Below are positions 36,897 to 48,126 of a stretch of DNA of 64,000 bases, one piece after another; positions within the stretch are counted from its first letter, which is position 1, and each line of letters begins with the position of its first letter. The stretch is from Acidobacteriota bacterium. Its GTDB lineage: Bacteria > Acidobacteriota > UBA6911. The stretch spans positions 2,272,001 through 2,336,000 of the forward strand of contig OY761556.1 in NCBI GenBank assembly GCA_963664705.1, read 5' to 3'. The position numbers and the translations under genes are program-made. The notes under the pieces are model-generated. The model ran no database searches. It was not told where the DNA came from and saw nothing but the letters and a program-made list of their open reading frames with translations.

Positions 36897-37829
36897 ATGG
36901 CTCATTCCATAGGAACTCCCTTTTTCTGGACTTCATTCATTGTTGTAGTTTTGTTTCTGCTTTCTCTGGACCTGGGAGTCTTCCACCGGCACGCCCACGC
37001 GGTGACAGTACGGGAGGCCACGCTCTGGAGCATCGTGTGGATTATCCTCTCATGCTCATTTGGAATGTGGGTTTACGGGAATTTCGGAAAGCAGTATGGT
37101 CTGGAGTTTTTTACAGGGTATCTGATTGAGTATGCCCTAAGCGTCGACAATGTTTTCGTCTTCATCATTATCTTCAGCTACTTCGGTGTCCCATCCAAGC
37201 TCCACCATCGTGTTCTTTTCTGGGGAATCCTGAGCGCGCTCCTGATGCGGGCCACATTTATCATTGCGGGCGCGGCCCTCATCAGCTCGTTTCACTGGAT
37301 TCTGTATATCTTTGGGGCATTCCTGGTTTTTACCGGAATCAAGATTCTGAAGCAGGGAGATGCCGAGGTGGAACCGGAGCGGAATCCTGTGGTGAAGCTC
37401 TTTCGGCGGATTGTACCCATGTCCTCCGGCTATGAATCGGGCAGGTTCCTTACAAGACAGGGGGGTGCCACCGTGGCAACGCCGCTGGCATTGGTGCTCG
37501 TCACTGTTGAAGCCACAGATCTCGTATTTGCCACGGACTCCATCCCGGCAATTTTCGGCATTACGAGAGATCCTTTTATCGTCTACACCTCGAACATATG
37601 CGCGATTCTCGGGCTGCGCTCCATGTATTTTCTGCTTTCCGCTGTGATTCGCAAATTCACCTATCTGGGAATCGGGCTCGGAATTGTGCTGATGTTCATT
37701 GGGCTCAAGATGCTTGCAAGCGGTTTTTACGTGGTACCGATCGGATTGTCACTTGGGATCGTTGCCGCGATACTGGTTGGATCGGTGATGGTGTCACTTC
37801 TTTTCCCGGCCAAAAACCAGGAATCGTAA
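36897..37829 (+). CDS. TerC/Alx family membrane protein
   Basis: GYLIEYALSVDN, HRVLFWG, DLVFATDSIPA, YTSNICAILGLRSMYF. Confidence 0.93.
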   Translation: MAHSIGTPFFWTSFIVVVLFLLSLDLGVFHRHAHAVTVREATLWSIVWIILSCSFGMWVYGNFGKQYGLEFFTGYLIEYALSVDNVFVFIIIFSYFGVPSKLHHRVLFWGILSALLMRATFIIAGAALISSFHWILYIFGAFLVFTGIKILKQGDAEVEPERNPVVKLFRRIVPMSSGYESGRFLTRQGGATVATPLALVLVTVEATDLVFATDSIPAIFGITRDPFIVYTSNICAILGLRSMYFLLSAVIRKFTYLGIGLGIVLMFIGLKMLASGFYVVPIGLSLGIVAAILVGSVMVSLLFPAKNQES

Positions 37830-37910
37830 GGCAGAATTTTACAAAGCGGGATATATCCCAATCGTGGTGGAATGGGTCATTCCACCACGGAATTAAGAAA
37901 CCGGTGATTC

Positions 37911-38498
37911 CTAGGCGCTTTTTCGGAGCTCGACCAGAACCTGTCGCGCCACGGCTTTCAGCGTCGTCAACACGCCCACACCCTGAGGTGCAACCGCCTC
38001 AATGACCGGCTCCCCTTTAACCTGGAGTTGACGCGTCAGCTCGTCTGCAGGCATTGCATTCGGCATATCGCGCTTGTTCAACTGCAGGACATAGGGGATT
38101 TTCTGAATATCAAATCCCTGTTCCTGGAGATTTTCGGTCAAGTTGGAGAGAGATTCCAGATTCGCATCGAAGCGCTCCTCCTGGGAATCCGCCACGAATA
38201 CGACGCCGTCTACTCCCTTCAAGATAAGCTTGCGGCTGGAGTCATAGAATACCTGGCCCGGAACCGTATACAGGTGGAAACGTGTGCGGAATCCACGAAT
38301 CTGTCCGAAATCAATCGGAAGGAAATCGAAAAAGAGTGTGCGCTCGGTCTCGGTGGCAAGAGAAATAAGCTTGCCTTTGTTCTCATTGCTCGTGATCTGG
38401 TACACGTACTGCAGATTGGTCGTTTTCCCTCCCAACCCGGGTCCGTAGTACACAATCTTACAGTTGATTTCCCTTGCTACATAATTTATGAAGGTCAC
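37911..38498 (-). CDS. mglA: MglA small Ras-like GTPase
   Basis: INCKIVYYGPGLGGKTTN, TERTLFFDF, LYTVPGQ, NKRD. Confidence 0.94.
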   Translation of the reverse strand: MTFINYVAREINCKIVYYGPGLGGKTTNLQYVYQITSNENKGKLISLATETERTLFFDFLPIDFGQIRGFRTRFHLYTVPGQVFYDSSRKLILKGVDGVVFVADSQEERFDANLESLSNLTENLQEQGFDIQKIPYVLQLNKRDMPNAMPADELTRQLQVKGEPVIEAVAPQGVGVLTTLKAVARQVLVELRKSA

Positions 38499-38523
38499 CG
38501 CTCAATCCTTCAGTCAAAGTAGA

Positions 38524-39045
38524 TTAATATTGCCTTCCCAGCAACTCTTCGATTTCCTCATCGCTGAATTGCGGAATACTCATCACATTCTCAGCTTTTT
38601 CAATCCTGCGCTGGAAATCCCGGATGACGTCTTCCAACAGCAGCGTTGTGCGTTTGCACTTGTATCGAACCAACCCGGAGGATGCCGTTGCATCAAAAAC
38701 GAGCACGAGCGAAAACCGCTTCAGCAGATCGGAAATAAAGATACTGCGCCGGCTTCCTTGATGGACGAGAACAGAAAACTCCCGTTCTCCAACTATGTTT
38801 GCCAGGCCATCGGTAGCCGCAAGATTGGCGGCTGCCAGCGAAGCCAAGGCTGTGTAATCGATGTTGTCTGCAGGCCCTGAAATGACGATGGGCTGACCAC
38901 TTCGACTGATCAGCAGCACCAGTTGAGCCCGTAACTCACTCTGCATCTTGGTGAGGATCGCATGAATACGCTTGAACTCAGCCTCGTGCAGATTGAAATT
39001 ACTTGAGTTCATATCCGTATTGCTGGGCGAAACCGTTGAGTACAT
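38524..39045 (-). CDS. mglB: MglB roadblock/LC7 protein (start may be 39012)
   Basis: ALASLAAANLAATDGLA, EREFSVLVHQG, SSGLVR, DEEIEELL; immediately upstream of mglA. Confidence 0.88.
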   Translation of the reverse strand: MYSTVSPSNTDMNSSNFNLHEAEFKRIHAILTKMQSELRAQLVLLISRSGQPIVISGPADNIDYTALASLAAANLAATDGLANIVGEREFSVLVHQGSRRSIFISDLLKRFSLVLVFDATASSGLVRYKCKRTTLLLEDVIRDFQRRIEKAENVMSIPQFSDEEIEELLGRQY

Positions 39046-39259
39046 AAGTATTTAGCCCATCCTTGCCATGTCAGTGCCGGCAATTGGCGCAGGCAGGCTC
39101 CTTTACCTGCGGCCTGAGGCTCCTCAAAAGCGGAGTATTCAGTTAAAAAGATCTTGCGCTTGACTTATCGGCTGTATTTTCGTAATAATCACGTCAAAAT
39201 TTTAGGATCGATGATCTATAGAGACAAGTTATTTGCCTTTATGGATTTATAGGATATTG

Positions 39260-40072
39260 ATGGCGAGGGCTCTGGCAAACAAAAAAACCGCAGGACAAAA
39301 AGCGCAGAAGGTTGTCCGTCCCGCACCAAAGGCAAAACCGAAAAAAGCCTCAAAACCTTCACCGAGCAAATCGTTGAAAGTTAAGGGACTTACGGCGAAA
39401 CCAAAGTCCAGGGACGCGGCGGCTGCTGCTAAAGATACGTCCCCCGCCAAACAGAAGTTTATTCATAAGGAAAGCATGATAATGGAAGTGGAATCCGGTA
39501 AGGCCGCATCGAGGACAGCGGCTCCTTCTGCCCTTGATGCAGCCCCTCGCCTGTTGCGTCACACCAAGACAACGTCGGCCGCGCTTGCCCTTCTGGAAAA
39601 GGGCATTGAGCTGATCTTTCAAAAGGAGTTTAAAAAAGCCAGGACTGAACTCAAGGCCCTCGTGGAAACATACCCTGGCGAGCTGGATATTCTTGCACGG
39701 GCCCGCAGCTATATCCAGATCTGCGATCGAGAGGAAGCGGCACAGAAAAAGCAATCCATCTCCACCGATCAAATGTATACGCTGGGCGTCCTGGAGCACA
39801 ACAAGGGCAACTACGATGCAGCGATTACCTATTTTCGCCAATCCCTTGAAAAACACCCGGGAGCAGATTACATCTATTACTCCGTGGCCGCTTCACAGGC
39901 GATGAAGGGAAATGCGGTTGAATCGATTGAAAATCTCCGCAAGGCCGTTGAACTGAATGAAGACAGCCGCATCTACGCTAAAAACGACAGCGATTTCTCC
40001 TCCCTGCAGGCTAGAAAAGAGTTTGCGGAGTTGGTTGGGATCACCCCTGTTCCGGGTACCGAACCGCAATAA
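39260..40072 (+). CDS. TPR-repeat protein with a Lys/Ala/Pro-rich N-terminal tail
   Basis: Low-complexity basic N-terminus. TPR helices (YTLGVLEHNKGNYDAAITYFRQSL; ENLRKAVELN..YAKNDSDF). Confidence 0.82.
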   Translation: MARALANKKTAGQKAQKVVRPAPKAKPKKASKPSPSKSLKVKGLTAKPKSRDAAAAAKDTSPAKQKFIHKESMIMEVESGKAASRTAAPSALDAAPRLLRHTKTTSAALALLEKGIELIFQKEFKKARTELKALVETYPGELDILARARSYIQICDREEAAQKKQSISTDQMYTLGVLEHNKGNYDAAITYFRQSLEKHPGADYIYYSVAASQAMKGNAVESIENLRKAVELNEDSRIYAKNDSDFSSLQARKEFAELVGITPVPGTEPQ

Positions 40073-40108
40073 CAATTCCGAGGACTGACTTAGCCCAGCG
40101 GATCCGCC

Positions 40109-40519
40109 ATGATCAAGTGTAAAAATTGCATTAACTGGCTGGATGAAAGTCTGGAGCAAATCCAGGCAGATCAAAGCAACCGGCCCCATGTCTTCATGGG
40201 ATGCCGGATCTTTGGCTTTCAGGAAAATAACGCGGAAGTGGAGAGCTGCGAATATTACGTTCTCAGCGAAAACCTCTTTACCATTTGCAGCTCTTGCCGC
40301 ATTACGGTTCCCAAAGTCTGTGTTTCCCTGGGAGAATGTGCCAACTGCACAGATACGGATCTATTCTGCGTCGATCACTGCCTGGGAGATGAGAACAGAA
40401 AATACTGCACTCATTTTGTCCGGTTGAATACTGAAGGACTTCAGCTGATCGACGGCGACAATAATGAAGTGTTCGATCTGTTCCCTTCGATAGGAATGCC
40501 CGGCAGTCAAAAACCCTGA
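40109..40519 (+). CDS. Cys-rich hypothetical protein
   Basis: 136 aa with 12 Cys, including CKNC, CSSC, CANC and CVDHC; fills the gap between the TPR gene and cysE. Confidence 0.7.
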   Translation: MIKCKNCINWLDESLEQIQADQSNRPHVFMGCRIFGFQENNAEVESCEYYVLSENLFTICSSCRITVPKVCVSLGECANCTDTDLFCVDHCLGDENRKYCTHFVRLNTEGLQLIDGDNNEVFDLFPSIGMPGSQKP

Positions 40520-40534
40520 GCTGCCGAAATATTC

Positions 40535-41473
40535 TCAAATCACCCAGTTGATATCGCCATCCTGGAGAGTCCCGACATTCAGCCCGCCTCTCCCCTGCGA
40601 AATTGAGCTCCCCGGCGGCACGCTCTGGGTGAGCCAGACATTGCCTCCAATGACTGATCCCGCGCCAACGGTAATCCGGCCCAGAATGGTCGCACCGGCA
40701 TAAATCACGACGTCATCTTCGATGATCGGGTGTCGATCGATGCCCTTGATGGGAGCCCCCTTCTCATCTAACGGAAAGCTCTTCGCACCCAATGTCACTC
40801 CCTGGTAGATGCGCACGCGCTCGCCAATAATGGCCGTCTCTCCGATCACCACGCCGGTCCCATGATCGATGAAAAAGCTTTTGCTGATTCTGGCCCCGGG
40901 ATGAATATCAATGCCGGTGGCGCTGTGCGCGTTTTCGCTGATGATGCGCGGAATGATGGGAACGCCCAGCTTATACAGTTCATGCGCTACACGATGATTG
41001 GTTATTGCAAAGATGCCGGGATAGCAAAAGATGGTTTCACTGGGACTCTTGGCGGCTGGATCTCCCGCGTATGCCGCCTCAACGTCATGGGCAAGCAGCA
41101 TCATGATATCCGGAACGCGGTCCAGGAATTCCGCGGTTATTTTTTCTGCCCTTCCCGCGCACTGCTCTACTCCAAGATGATCCTCACATGCGAAACAGAA
41201 TCCCCGGCGGATCTGCTCCTGCAGCCCGAGCGCCACGTGATCCAGGATCGCGCCCGTCCTGAAAAATATGCCTTCTTCGCTGTATTCGGATAGCCCGAAA
41301 TAGCCGGGAAACAGGACCGCGCGCAATTGCTGCATGATTTCGAGGCAGCTGTCCCGGGAAGGCAATTCCACCCTGCAGGATCTTGGAGCGTCCGGATGAA
41401 AAGAGAGGTTTCTGCTGGCCAGAACCATCCGGCTGGCAACGGCTTCAATGTGATACTTCCCCTTTATGCTCAT
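40535..41473 (-). CDS. cysE: Serine O-acetyltransferase
   Basis: GDPAAKS, TGIDIHPGA, FIDHGTGVVIGET, YQGVTLG, RHPII. Confidence 0.93.
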   Translation of the reverse strand: MSIKGKYHIEAVASRMVLASRNLSFHPDAPRSCRVELPSRDSCLEIMQQLRAVLFPGYFGLSEYSEEGIFFRTGAILDHVALGLQEQIRRGFCFACEDHLGVEQCAGRAEKITAEFLDRVPDIMMLLAHDVEAAYAGDPAAKSPSETIFCYPGIFAITNHRVAHELYKLGVPIIPRIISENAHSATGIDIHPGARISKSFFIDHGTGVVIGETAIIGERVRIYQGVTLGAKSFPLDEKGAPIKGIDRHPIIEDDVVIYAGATILGRITVGAGSVIGGNVWLTQSVPPGSSISQGRGGLNVGTLQDGDINWVI

Positions 41474-41628
41474 CGATGCAGCCTCCTGACTGCGTAATCA
41501 AGGCAGTCCTACATCTAATTGTATCCGAGATGTGGAAAGTCAAAGAAGAAGCAAAACCATATCGACCGCCGCTGGAACGAGCAGGCACCAAAAGCTGTGT
41601 CCCGTAACGATGAGGCGGTCCAGGGAAT

Positions 41629-44600
41629 CTACGATAGCGAATAGTAGGCTTCCGGTATTATGGTCGAAGATTGCCCGGAGCTTTTCGCCGTTCCATGATA
41701 TTCCTGAAGCGTGCGAACGCTCAGCTTTTCGCGCCGCAAAGTGCGGATGGCATTGGCTGCCGCAGCCGCCCCCGAAAGCGTTGTGATGCAGGCAACGCCC
41801 CATTGTGTGGCGGCACGTCGGATGGATTTTTCATCCGATTGAGACTGTTGCCCGAGAGGTGTATTGATAATCAAACCAATCTTTTTGCTCTTGATCAAAT
41901 CGATGACATTTGGCCTGCCCTCTCCAGCCTTGAATATATGGTCCGCCCGCACACCCTTGGAGGTCAGGAATCTATGGGTGCCGGTCGTTGCCAGCAGGAG
42001 GAACCCCAGGCTTTCAAAATCCCTGGCAATCGGCAGAAGCGTCTCTTTGTCGCTGTCGTTGACGCTTAAGAATATCGTACCGCTTTGCGGCAGGCGCAGC
42101 CCTGCCGACAGTTGCGCCTTGGCAAATGCACTGCCAAAGCTGTCGGCCACGCCCATCACTTCCCCGGTGGATTTCATTTCCGGGCCGAGAATCGAGTCCA
42201 CGCCCGGGAAACGACTGAATGGGAAAACGGGCGACTTCACAAAGCAGTGACTTACCTTTAACTCCTCTGTCAATCCCAGATCCCGCAGCTTTTCGCCCGT
42301 CATAACGCGCGCGGCAATCTTGGCAAGCGGAATTCCGGTGGCCTTGCTTACATAAGGTATTGTTCGAGAGGCACGGGGATTTACCTCCAGGACATACACG
42401 ACATCCTTTTGAATCGCAAACTGGATATTCATCAGTCCAACGACGCGCAAAGCTCTTCCCAGCTTTTCGGTGAATCGTTTCATTCGATCCAGCAGGGTAA
42501 GGTTGATCATTACCGGGGGCAGTATGCATGTGCTGTCACCGCTGTGGATACCAGCCTGTTCGATATGTTCCATCACACCCGCGATGATCACCTGCTCGCC
42601 ATCGCAGACGGCATCCACATCGTATTCGAACGCATCCTCCAGAAATCTGTCGATCAGAACCGGCCGCTCCGGAGACACCTCCACGGCGGAGGTCATATAC
42701 TCATCCAGGGAAGCCTGATCGTATACGATGGACATTGCACGCCCGCCAAGCACATACGACGGACGAACGAGCACTGGATAGCCGATCTCGGCGGCAACCT
42801 TGCGTGCATCTTCCAAACAAAGCGCCGTCCCATTTTGAGGCTGAGGGATTTCCAACTCCGCCAACAGTTGGCCAAAGCGCTTGCGGTCTTCGGCAAGATC
42901 GATCCGCTCCGGAGATGTACCGATAATCGGAACTCCGGCCTCCTGCAGTTTGAGCGCAAGGTTCAGCGGCGTCTGTCCTCCGAACTGCACGATGACGCCG
43001 TCCGGTTTTTCCACCGCGACAATCTCCATCACATCTTCAAACGTCAGCGGTTCAAAGTACAACCGGTCCGATGTGTCGTAGTCCGTGGAAACGGTTTCCG
43101 GGTTGCAGTTCACCATGATCGTCTCGAAGCCGATCTCATTCAGCGCAAAGGAAGCGTGGCAGCAACAATAGTCAAATTCTATCCCTTGACCAATGCGGTT
43201 GGGTCCACTCCCCAACACCATGATCTTCTTTCGGTCGGATGGATTCGCCTCGCACTCGCTTTCGTAGGTCGAATACAGGTAGGGAGTGTGGGACTCAAAC
43301 TCGGCAGCGCACGTATCGACGCGCTTGTAGACCGGTCGCACGCCAGTCTTATGTCGAAGCTCCATGACCTGGATAGCTGTTGGGTTGCCCTCGCTGGAAG
43401 GGGCCAGGAACTCGGAAATATTCTGGTCCGAAAATCCAGAACGCTTGCACTCCCGGAGAAGATCGGACGGCAGATTGGCAAGGGTGTGCGTCGACAGCTT
43501 TTTCTCGAGATCTACGATCTCCCTTAGCTGATTCAAAAACCAAAGATCGATCTTTGTCTGTTTGTGAATCTCCTCAATGGAACGACCGCTGGCTAAGGCA
43601 TAGTGTATATAAGCAAGCCGCTCCGGGAATGGCGTCTGGAGGAAACGATCCAGGCGCTCGGGAAATATTTTCTCGGAAGCCAGGCTCTTTCCTTTTTCTA
43701 GAGAACGGACGCCCTTCATCAAAGCTTCTTTAAAGGTCCGCCCGATTGCCATGACCTCCCCGACCGACTTCATCTGGGTTCCCAGAGTAGGATCAGCCTC
43801 TTTGAATTTCTCAAAGTTCCATTTGGGTATCTTGGCAACAACATAATCGATCGTCGGCTCAAAACTCGCGGGAGTTTTCTTGGTTATATCGTTCGGAATT
43901 TCATCCAGCGTATATCCGACGGCAAGCTTTGCCGCAATTTTTGCAATCGGGAAGCCGGTCGCTTTGGACGCAAGCGCGGAACTCCTCGATACTCGCGGAT
44001 TCATTTCGATGACGATTATTTCGCCGGTCGCCGGATTCACAGCGAACTGAATATTGGATCCGCCGGTTTCAACCCCGACTTTGCGAATAATGCGGATCGC
44101 AGCGTCGCGCATCAGCTGATACTCTTTGTCGGTAAGAGTCTGGGCCGGCGCGACAGTAATGGAATCGCCGGTATGCACGCCCATCGGATCAAAGTTCTCG
44201 ATCGAGCAGATAATTACAACGTTGTCCGCCAGATCCCGCATCACCTCCAGCTCAAATTCTTTCCAACCGATAAGAGACTGCTCAACCAGAACCTCATGCA
44301 CGGGAGAAATATCGAGCCCTCTGGAGATAATGGCTTCATATTCCTCCATGTTGAATGCGGTACCGCCGCCGAAACCACCGAGGGTAAAGCTGGGTCGAAT
44401 AATCGCAGGAAGGCCGATGGTTGCCAGATATTCCTTGGCCTCTGCGAGGCTCTTAACCACACGCGACCGAGCGGACTGCAGCCCGATCTCCGTCATCGCA
44501 TCCTTGAAAAGCTGTCGATCCTCGGCTACTTCCACCGCATGCAATTTTGCGCCAATCATCTCGACGCCGTATTGGGCCAGCACGCCGGATTTGGCCAATT

Positions 44601-44901
44601 CGACCGAGATATTCAGTCCAGTCTGCCCTCCCACGGTTGGCAGCAAAGCATCGGGGCGCTCCCGCGAGATAATCGCCGCGACCGATTCCGCTGTCAGCGG
44701 TTCGATGTAGGTGCGATCCGCAAGATCCGGATCGGTCATAATGGTCGCGGGATTGGAATTCACCAGGACTACATCAAAACCCTCGCTCTGGAGGGATTTG
44801 CAGGCTTGAGTACCCGAATAGTCGAACTCGCAGGCTTGTCCAATCACGATAGGACCGGAGCCGATGATAAGAATTTTGCGGAGATCAGTGCGTTTAGGCA
44901 T
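41629..44901 (-). CDS. carB: Carbamoyl-phosphate synthase large subunit
   Basis: [24 protein letters not shown], a duplicated ATP-grasp domain, and a C-terminal MGS domain. Confidence 0.97.
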   Translation of the reverse strand: MPKRTDLRKILIIGSGPIVIGQACEFDYSGTQACKSLQSEGFDVVLVNSNPATIMTDPDLADRTYIEPLTAESVAAIISRERPDALLPTVGGQTGLNISVELAKSGVLAQYGVEMIGAKLHAVEVAEDRQLFKDAMTEIGLQSARSRVVKSLAEAKEYLATIGLPAIIRPSFTLGGFGGGTAFNMEEYEAIISRGLDISPVHEVLVEQSLIGWKEFELEVMRDLADNVVIICSIENFDPMGVHTGDSITVAPAQTLTDKEYQLMRDAAIRIIRKVGVETGGSNIQFAVNPATGEIIVIEMNPRVSRSSALASKATGFPIAKIAAKLAVGYTLDEIPNDITKKTPASFEPTIDYVVAKIPKWNFEKFKEADPTLGTQMKSVGEVMAIGRTFKEALMKGVRSLEKGKSLASEKIFPERLDRFLQTPFPERLAYIHYALASGRSIEEIHKQTKIDLWFLNQLREIVDLEKKLSTHTLANLPSDLLRECKRSGFSDQNISEFLAPSSEGNPTAIQVMELRHKTGVRPVYKRVDTCAAEFESHTPYLYSTYESECEANPSDRKKIMVLGSGPNRIGQGIEFDYCCCHASFALNEIGFETIMVNCNPETVSTDYDTSDRLYFEPLTFEDVMEIVAVEKPDGVIVQFGGQTPLNLALKLQEAGVPIIGTSPERIDLAEDRKRFGQLLAELEIPQPQNGTALCLEDARKVAAEIGYPVLVRPSYVLGGRAMSIVYDQASLDEYMTSAVEVSPERPVLIDRFLEDAFEYDVDAVCDGEQVIIAGVMEHIEQAGIHSGDSTCILPPVMINLTLLDRMKRFTEKLGRALRVVGLMNIQFAIQKDVVYVLEVNPRASRTIPYVSKATGIPLAKIAARVMTGEKLRDLGLTEELKVSHCFVKSPVFPFSRFPGVDSILGPEMKSTGEVMGVADSFGSAFAKAQLSAGLRLPQSGTIFLSVNDSDKETLLPIARDFESLGFLLLATTGTHRFLTSKGVRADHIFKAGEGRPNVIDLIKSKKIGLIINTPLGQQSQSDEKSIRRAATQWGVACITTLSGAAAAANAIRTLRREKLSVRTLQEYHGTAKSSGQSSTIIPEAYYSLS

Positions 44902-45997
44902 TACGTTTCCGGAACTCCAACATGAGTTGTTTAAACTCTTCAAACAGATAGTGCGAATCGTGCGGACCAGGAGAAGCTTCAGGGTGATACTGTACGGAAA
45001 ATGCGGGAATACTCCGATGGCGTATTCCCTCCAGCGTCTGGTCGTTCAAATTTATGTGCGTAGCCTCAACCTTGCCCGCATCCAGTGAGTCGGGATCGAC
45101 CGCGAACCCGTGATTCTGCGCTGTTATTTCAACCCGACTTGTAGCAAGATTCTTCACAGGCTGATTGCCGCCGCGATGTCCGAATTTCAACTTATAGGTC
45201 TTGCCGCCGAACGCCAATCCCATCAATTGATGCCCGAGACATATCCCGAACACCGGGATTCGGCCTAACAGCTGTCGGATATTGCGGATCGCATATTCCA
45301 GGGGTTCCGGGTCGCCGGGCCCATTCGAGAGGAATACTCCGTCAGGATTTTGAGCGAGTACGTCCTCCGGGGAGGTCAAGGCCGGGACGACCGTGACATC
45401 GCACCCAACCCGCGCCAGGTTCTCCAGGATATTTCGTTTTATACCGTAGTCATAGGCTACGACTTTGAATCGGTTCGGAGCTTCGCTTCCGGCCGGGCAG
45501 GTATAGGCGGATTTGCATGTCACCGAGGACGCCAGATCACAACCAAGCATGCTTCTGGCAGATCGGGCTCGCTGAATGAGAGTCTCGGGATCAAGGTTAT
45601 CGGTGCTGATGATGCCGCGCATTGCGCCTCGATTGCGGATATGCAGGACGAGAGCGCGGGTATCCACCTCCGATATGCATACAATTCCGTGACGCTTCAG
45701 GTAAGCCTCCAGCGATTCGCTGGAGCGCCAATTGGATGCAATGGCGCTGAATTCGCGGGCAACAAAACCCTCGACATAGGGACGGCCAGATTCCTCGTCG
45801 GCTGCGTTGGTTCCATAATTGCCGATATGGGGATAGGTCATGACAACAATCTGACCGGCATAGGACGGATCCGTCAGGATTTCCTGATAGCCGGACATGG
45901 AGGTGTTGAAAACAACTTCCCCAACCGTCTCCCCTACGGCGCCAAAGCCCCGTCCCGCAAACGTACAGCCATCTTCCAGTGCTAGAATCGCTTTCAT
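44894..45997 (-). CDS. carA: Carbamoyl-phosphate synthase small subunit
   Basis: [33 protein letters not shown]. Confidence 0.97.
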   Translation of the reverse strand: MKAILALEDGCTFAGRGFGAVGETVGEVVFNTSMSGYQEILTDPSYAGQIVVMTYPHIGNYGTNAADEESGRPYVEGFVAREFSAIASNWRSSESLEAYLKRHGIVCISEVDTRALVLHIRNRGAMRGIISTDNLDPETLIQRARSARSMLGCDLASSVTCKSAYTCPAGSEAPNRFKVVAYDYGIKRNILENLARVGCDVTVVPALTSPEDVLAQNPDGVFLSNGPGDPEPLEYAIRNIRQLLGRIPVFGICLGHQLMGLAFGGKTYKLKFGHRGGNQPVKNLATSRVEITAQNHGFAVDPDSLDAGKVEATHINLNDQTLEGIRHRSIPAFSVQYHPEASPGPHDSHYLFEEFKQLMLEFRKRNA

Positions 45998-46083
45998 TTG
46001 ATCAGGAATTTACCCAGAGTGAATGGTGTCGGCTCTGCAGCCTCACCGATGATGCTAGTCACAAACGACACCGCCAATTTCGA

Positions 46084-46656
46084 TTACTCAACCGGACCAA
46101 CGCGTGATACGGGCCAGTAGCTGAAGATAGCCTTGCCATAAATCAGATCGTGTTCCACAAATCCCCAGCTACGACTATCATTGCTTGAATTGCGATGATC
46201 GCCAAGAACGAAATATTGTCCCGTGGGAACGACCACCGGGGAATATGACTTCAGATCCATGAAGTCAGGGTTCAAATAAGGCTCATTCACCTTGACCCCA
46301 TTGATAAAAACGGTTCCAAACCGGATTTCTACTTTGTCGCCGGGAACCCCAAGGACCCTTTTGATAAACGATTTGCTGCGATCACGGGGATACCAGAAAA
46401 CCACGACATCCCCTCTATGGATATCCGCAAACCGGTAGATAAACCGATTCACAAAAATCCGCTCCTGGTCGACAAGCCGCGGCTGCATACTCGTGCCTTC
46501 TACTTTCACCGGCTGGACTACAAAAATAACGATGAAAATCGCTATCGCGAAGGCGAGGAGGATGTCACGGAACCAGGACCTTAATTCAAAGACCAATTTA
46601 AAACCGCCATCCCGTTGCGGTTCGGCCTCTGAAGCGCTTTTTTCGTTCATCTCCAA
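46084..46656 (-). CDS. lepB: Signal peptidase I
   Basis: GTSMQP, FIKRVLG, GDHRNSSNDSR. Confidence 0.94.
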   Translation of the reverse strand: MEMNEKSASEAEPQRDGGFKLVFELRSWFRDILLAFAIAIFIVIFVVQPVKVEGTSMQPRLVDQERIFVNRFIYRFADIHRGDVVVFWYPRDRSKSFIKRVLGVPGDKVEIRFGTVFINGVKVNEPYLNPDFMDLKSYSPVVVPTGQYFVLGDHRNSSNDSRSWGFVEHDLIYGKAIFSYWPVSRVGPVE

Positions 46657-46821
46657 ACGTGCTTTTCCCCGATCCTAATATCTGCAGGCACAAAACTTTA
46701 TGCTACCAGACAGAATATTAAAACCCAAATATGGATATTCAGCAAGACCTGATCTACGTCTAAGTGAGATTTAACTTCATCCGGACCAAAACCACGCGGT
46801 AATTGCATATTCGTCCGACCT

Positions 46822-47766
46822 TTATCCCCCAATTCCGTGCAGATCCGGTCGCGCCCGCGGGATATCGATTCGATCCAAATCATTGAGAGCAATAACGTTT
46901 GGAAATAAACAAGACGCCTCGGACAGATGTTGTTCCGGATTAGCGTAGCGCTGGGAGAAATGGGTCAGCGCCAATTGGCGTGCAGCCGCCTCCTGCGCCA
47001 CACTTGCGGCATCTTCGGCCGTGGAATGTCGGTAAAAGTCCGCCAGATCCCGATGCTCCGACGTGTAGGTGGCCTCCATCAGGAGGAGATCGGCATCTCT
47101 GGCCAATTTTATCGCGCCCTCACAAGGCTGTGTGTCCATAACAAAAGCAAAAGCGCTGCCCGGGCGCGGGGCGGAGACACTTTCCAGCGAGACCAATCCC
47201 CTGTCGGTCTGAATGGAACCTCTGCGCCTCAGTTCACCGACCGCCGGACCTCGAATCCCCGCCATTTCCAGCTTCTCCGGGATGAATCGTCTCCCGGGCA
47301 ATCCAGCAACCCGGTATCCAAGAGTAGGAACAGAGTGCTTCAGCGGATGTCCCCACAGTACAGACTCGCCGGAACGATTCAATTCACTCAATTCCTCGGT
47401 CATTTCAATCGGATGATAGATGATCTCGATCTGCGGCTCGTAGATGGAGGCCGCACAAAGCCGGTCCACATAAACCTGACCGCTCTGCGGGTAGTAGAGG
47501 TGCACCGGATGCCGGCAGTTGTCGAGAGACAATCTTTGCACAATGCCGGCCAGCCCCAGGCAATGATCTCCGTGAAAATGGGTGATGCAAATGTGATGGA
47601 TGGAACTCGCCGAAATCCCGGCCAGGGTCATCTGTCGTTGAGCTCCCTCGCCTGGATCGAACAGATATCCTATCCCATCCCAAAGCAACATATAGGCATT
47701 GTGGCTCCGTTCCCGTGTCGGCACCTGGCTGCTGGTTCCAAGGGCAATCATTAGACGACCGCTCAT
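46822..47766 (-). CDS. rnz: Ribonuclease Z
   Basis: LGTSSQVPT, DPGEG, THFHGDH, MDTQP, EATY, HSTA, THFSQRY. Confidence 0.92.
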   Translation of the reverse strand: MSGRLMIALGTSSQVPTRERSHNAYMLLWDGIGYLFDPGEGAQRQMTLAGISASSIHHICITHFHGDHCLGLAGIVQRLSLDNCRHPVHLYYPQSGQVYVDRLCAASIYEPQIEIIYHPIEMTEELSELNRSGESVLWGHPLKHSVPTLGYRVAGLPGRRFIPEKLEMAGIRGPAVGELRRRGSIQTDRGLVSLESVSAPRPGSAFAFVMDTQPCEGAIKLARDADLLLMEATYTSEHRDLADFYRHSTAEDAASVAQEAAARQLALTHFSQRYANPEQHLSEASCLFPNVIALNDLDRIDIPRARPDLHGIGG

Positions 47767-47870
47767 CTCACATCCTTTCGAAATTCCAGGTAGATTATGC
47801 CATTTTGAGCCGCAGCATCAGCGCCAGGAAGCGAAATCCGCTGCCGGAAATGCTATATATCATTTGCCAC

Positions 47871-47960
47871 GGGCGATGCCCTTCGGCGTGCGGTAGCTTG
47901 CCACGGCCTTCGGCTTTTATGGTTTTCAAAGGCGGCAGCGGGATGCCGGCGCTCCCAATA
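47871..47960. repeat. About 90-bp REPIN/MITE-like element, diverged inverted copy of 50081-50167
   Basis: Shares the ATGGTTTTCAAAG core and GTGCGG/CCGCAC-type arms with the reverse complement of 50081-50167. Confidence 0.7.
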
Positions 47961-48033
47961 GGCTTCATTCCAGGCCGCTGCAAATAATCCTTCGGCACTC
48001 GCAGCAGGCGCATACCGCATGGGACGCAAACCC

Positions 48034-48061
48034 TTGCTTTCCAAGCCCCTGCTGCTATAAT
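48034..48061 (+). promoter_or_regulatory. Putative sigma70 promoter of the radical SAM gene
   Basis: TTGCTT-N16-TATAAT with an extended -10 TG. Confidence 0.55.
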
Positions 48062-48126
48062 GACAGGTTTTTGTTTACAACCAAACTGCAGAGTGAGAAA
48101 AAGCTGCAGAGTAGTCTGGAAGAAGG

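Noticed and set aside
47980-48035. GGGACGCAAA resembling a c-di-GMP-I riboswitch
   Set aside because: It lacks the upstream GGCAAACC/GAAA stem and the downstream P3, and it lies upstream of the predicted promoter.
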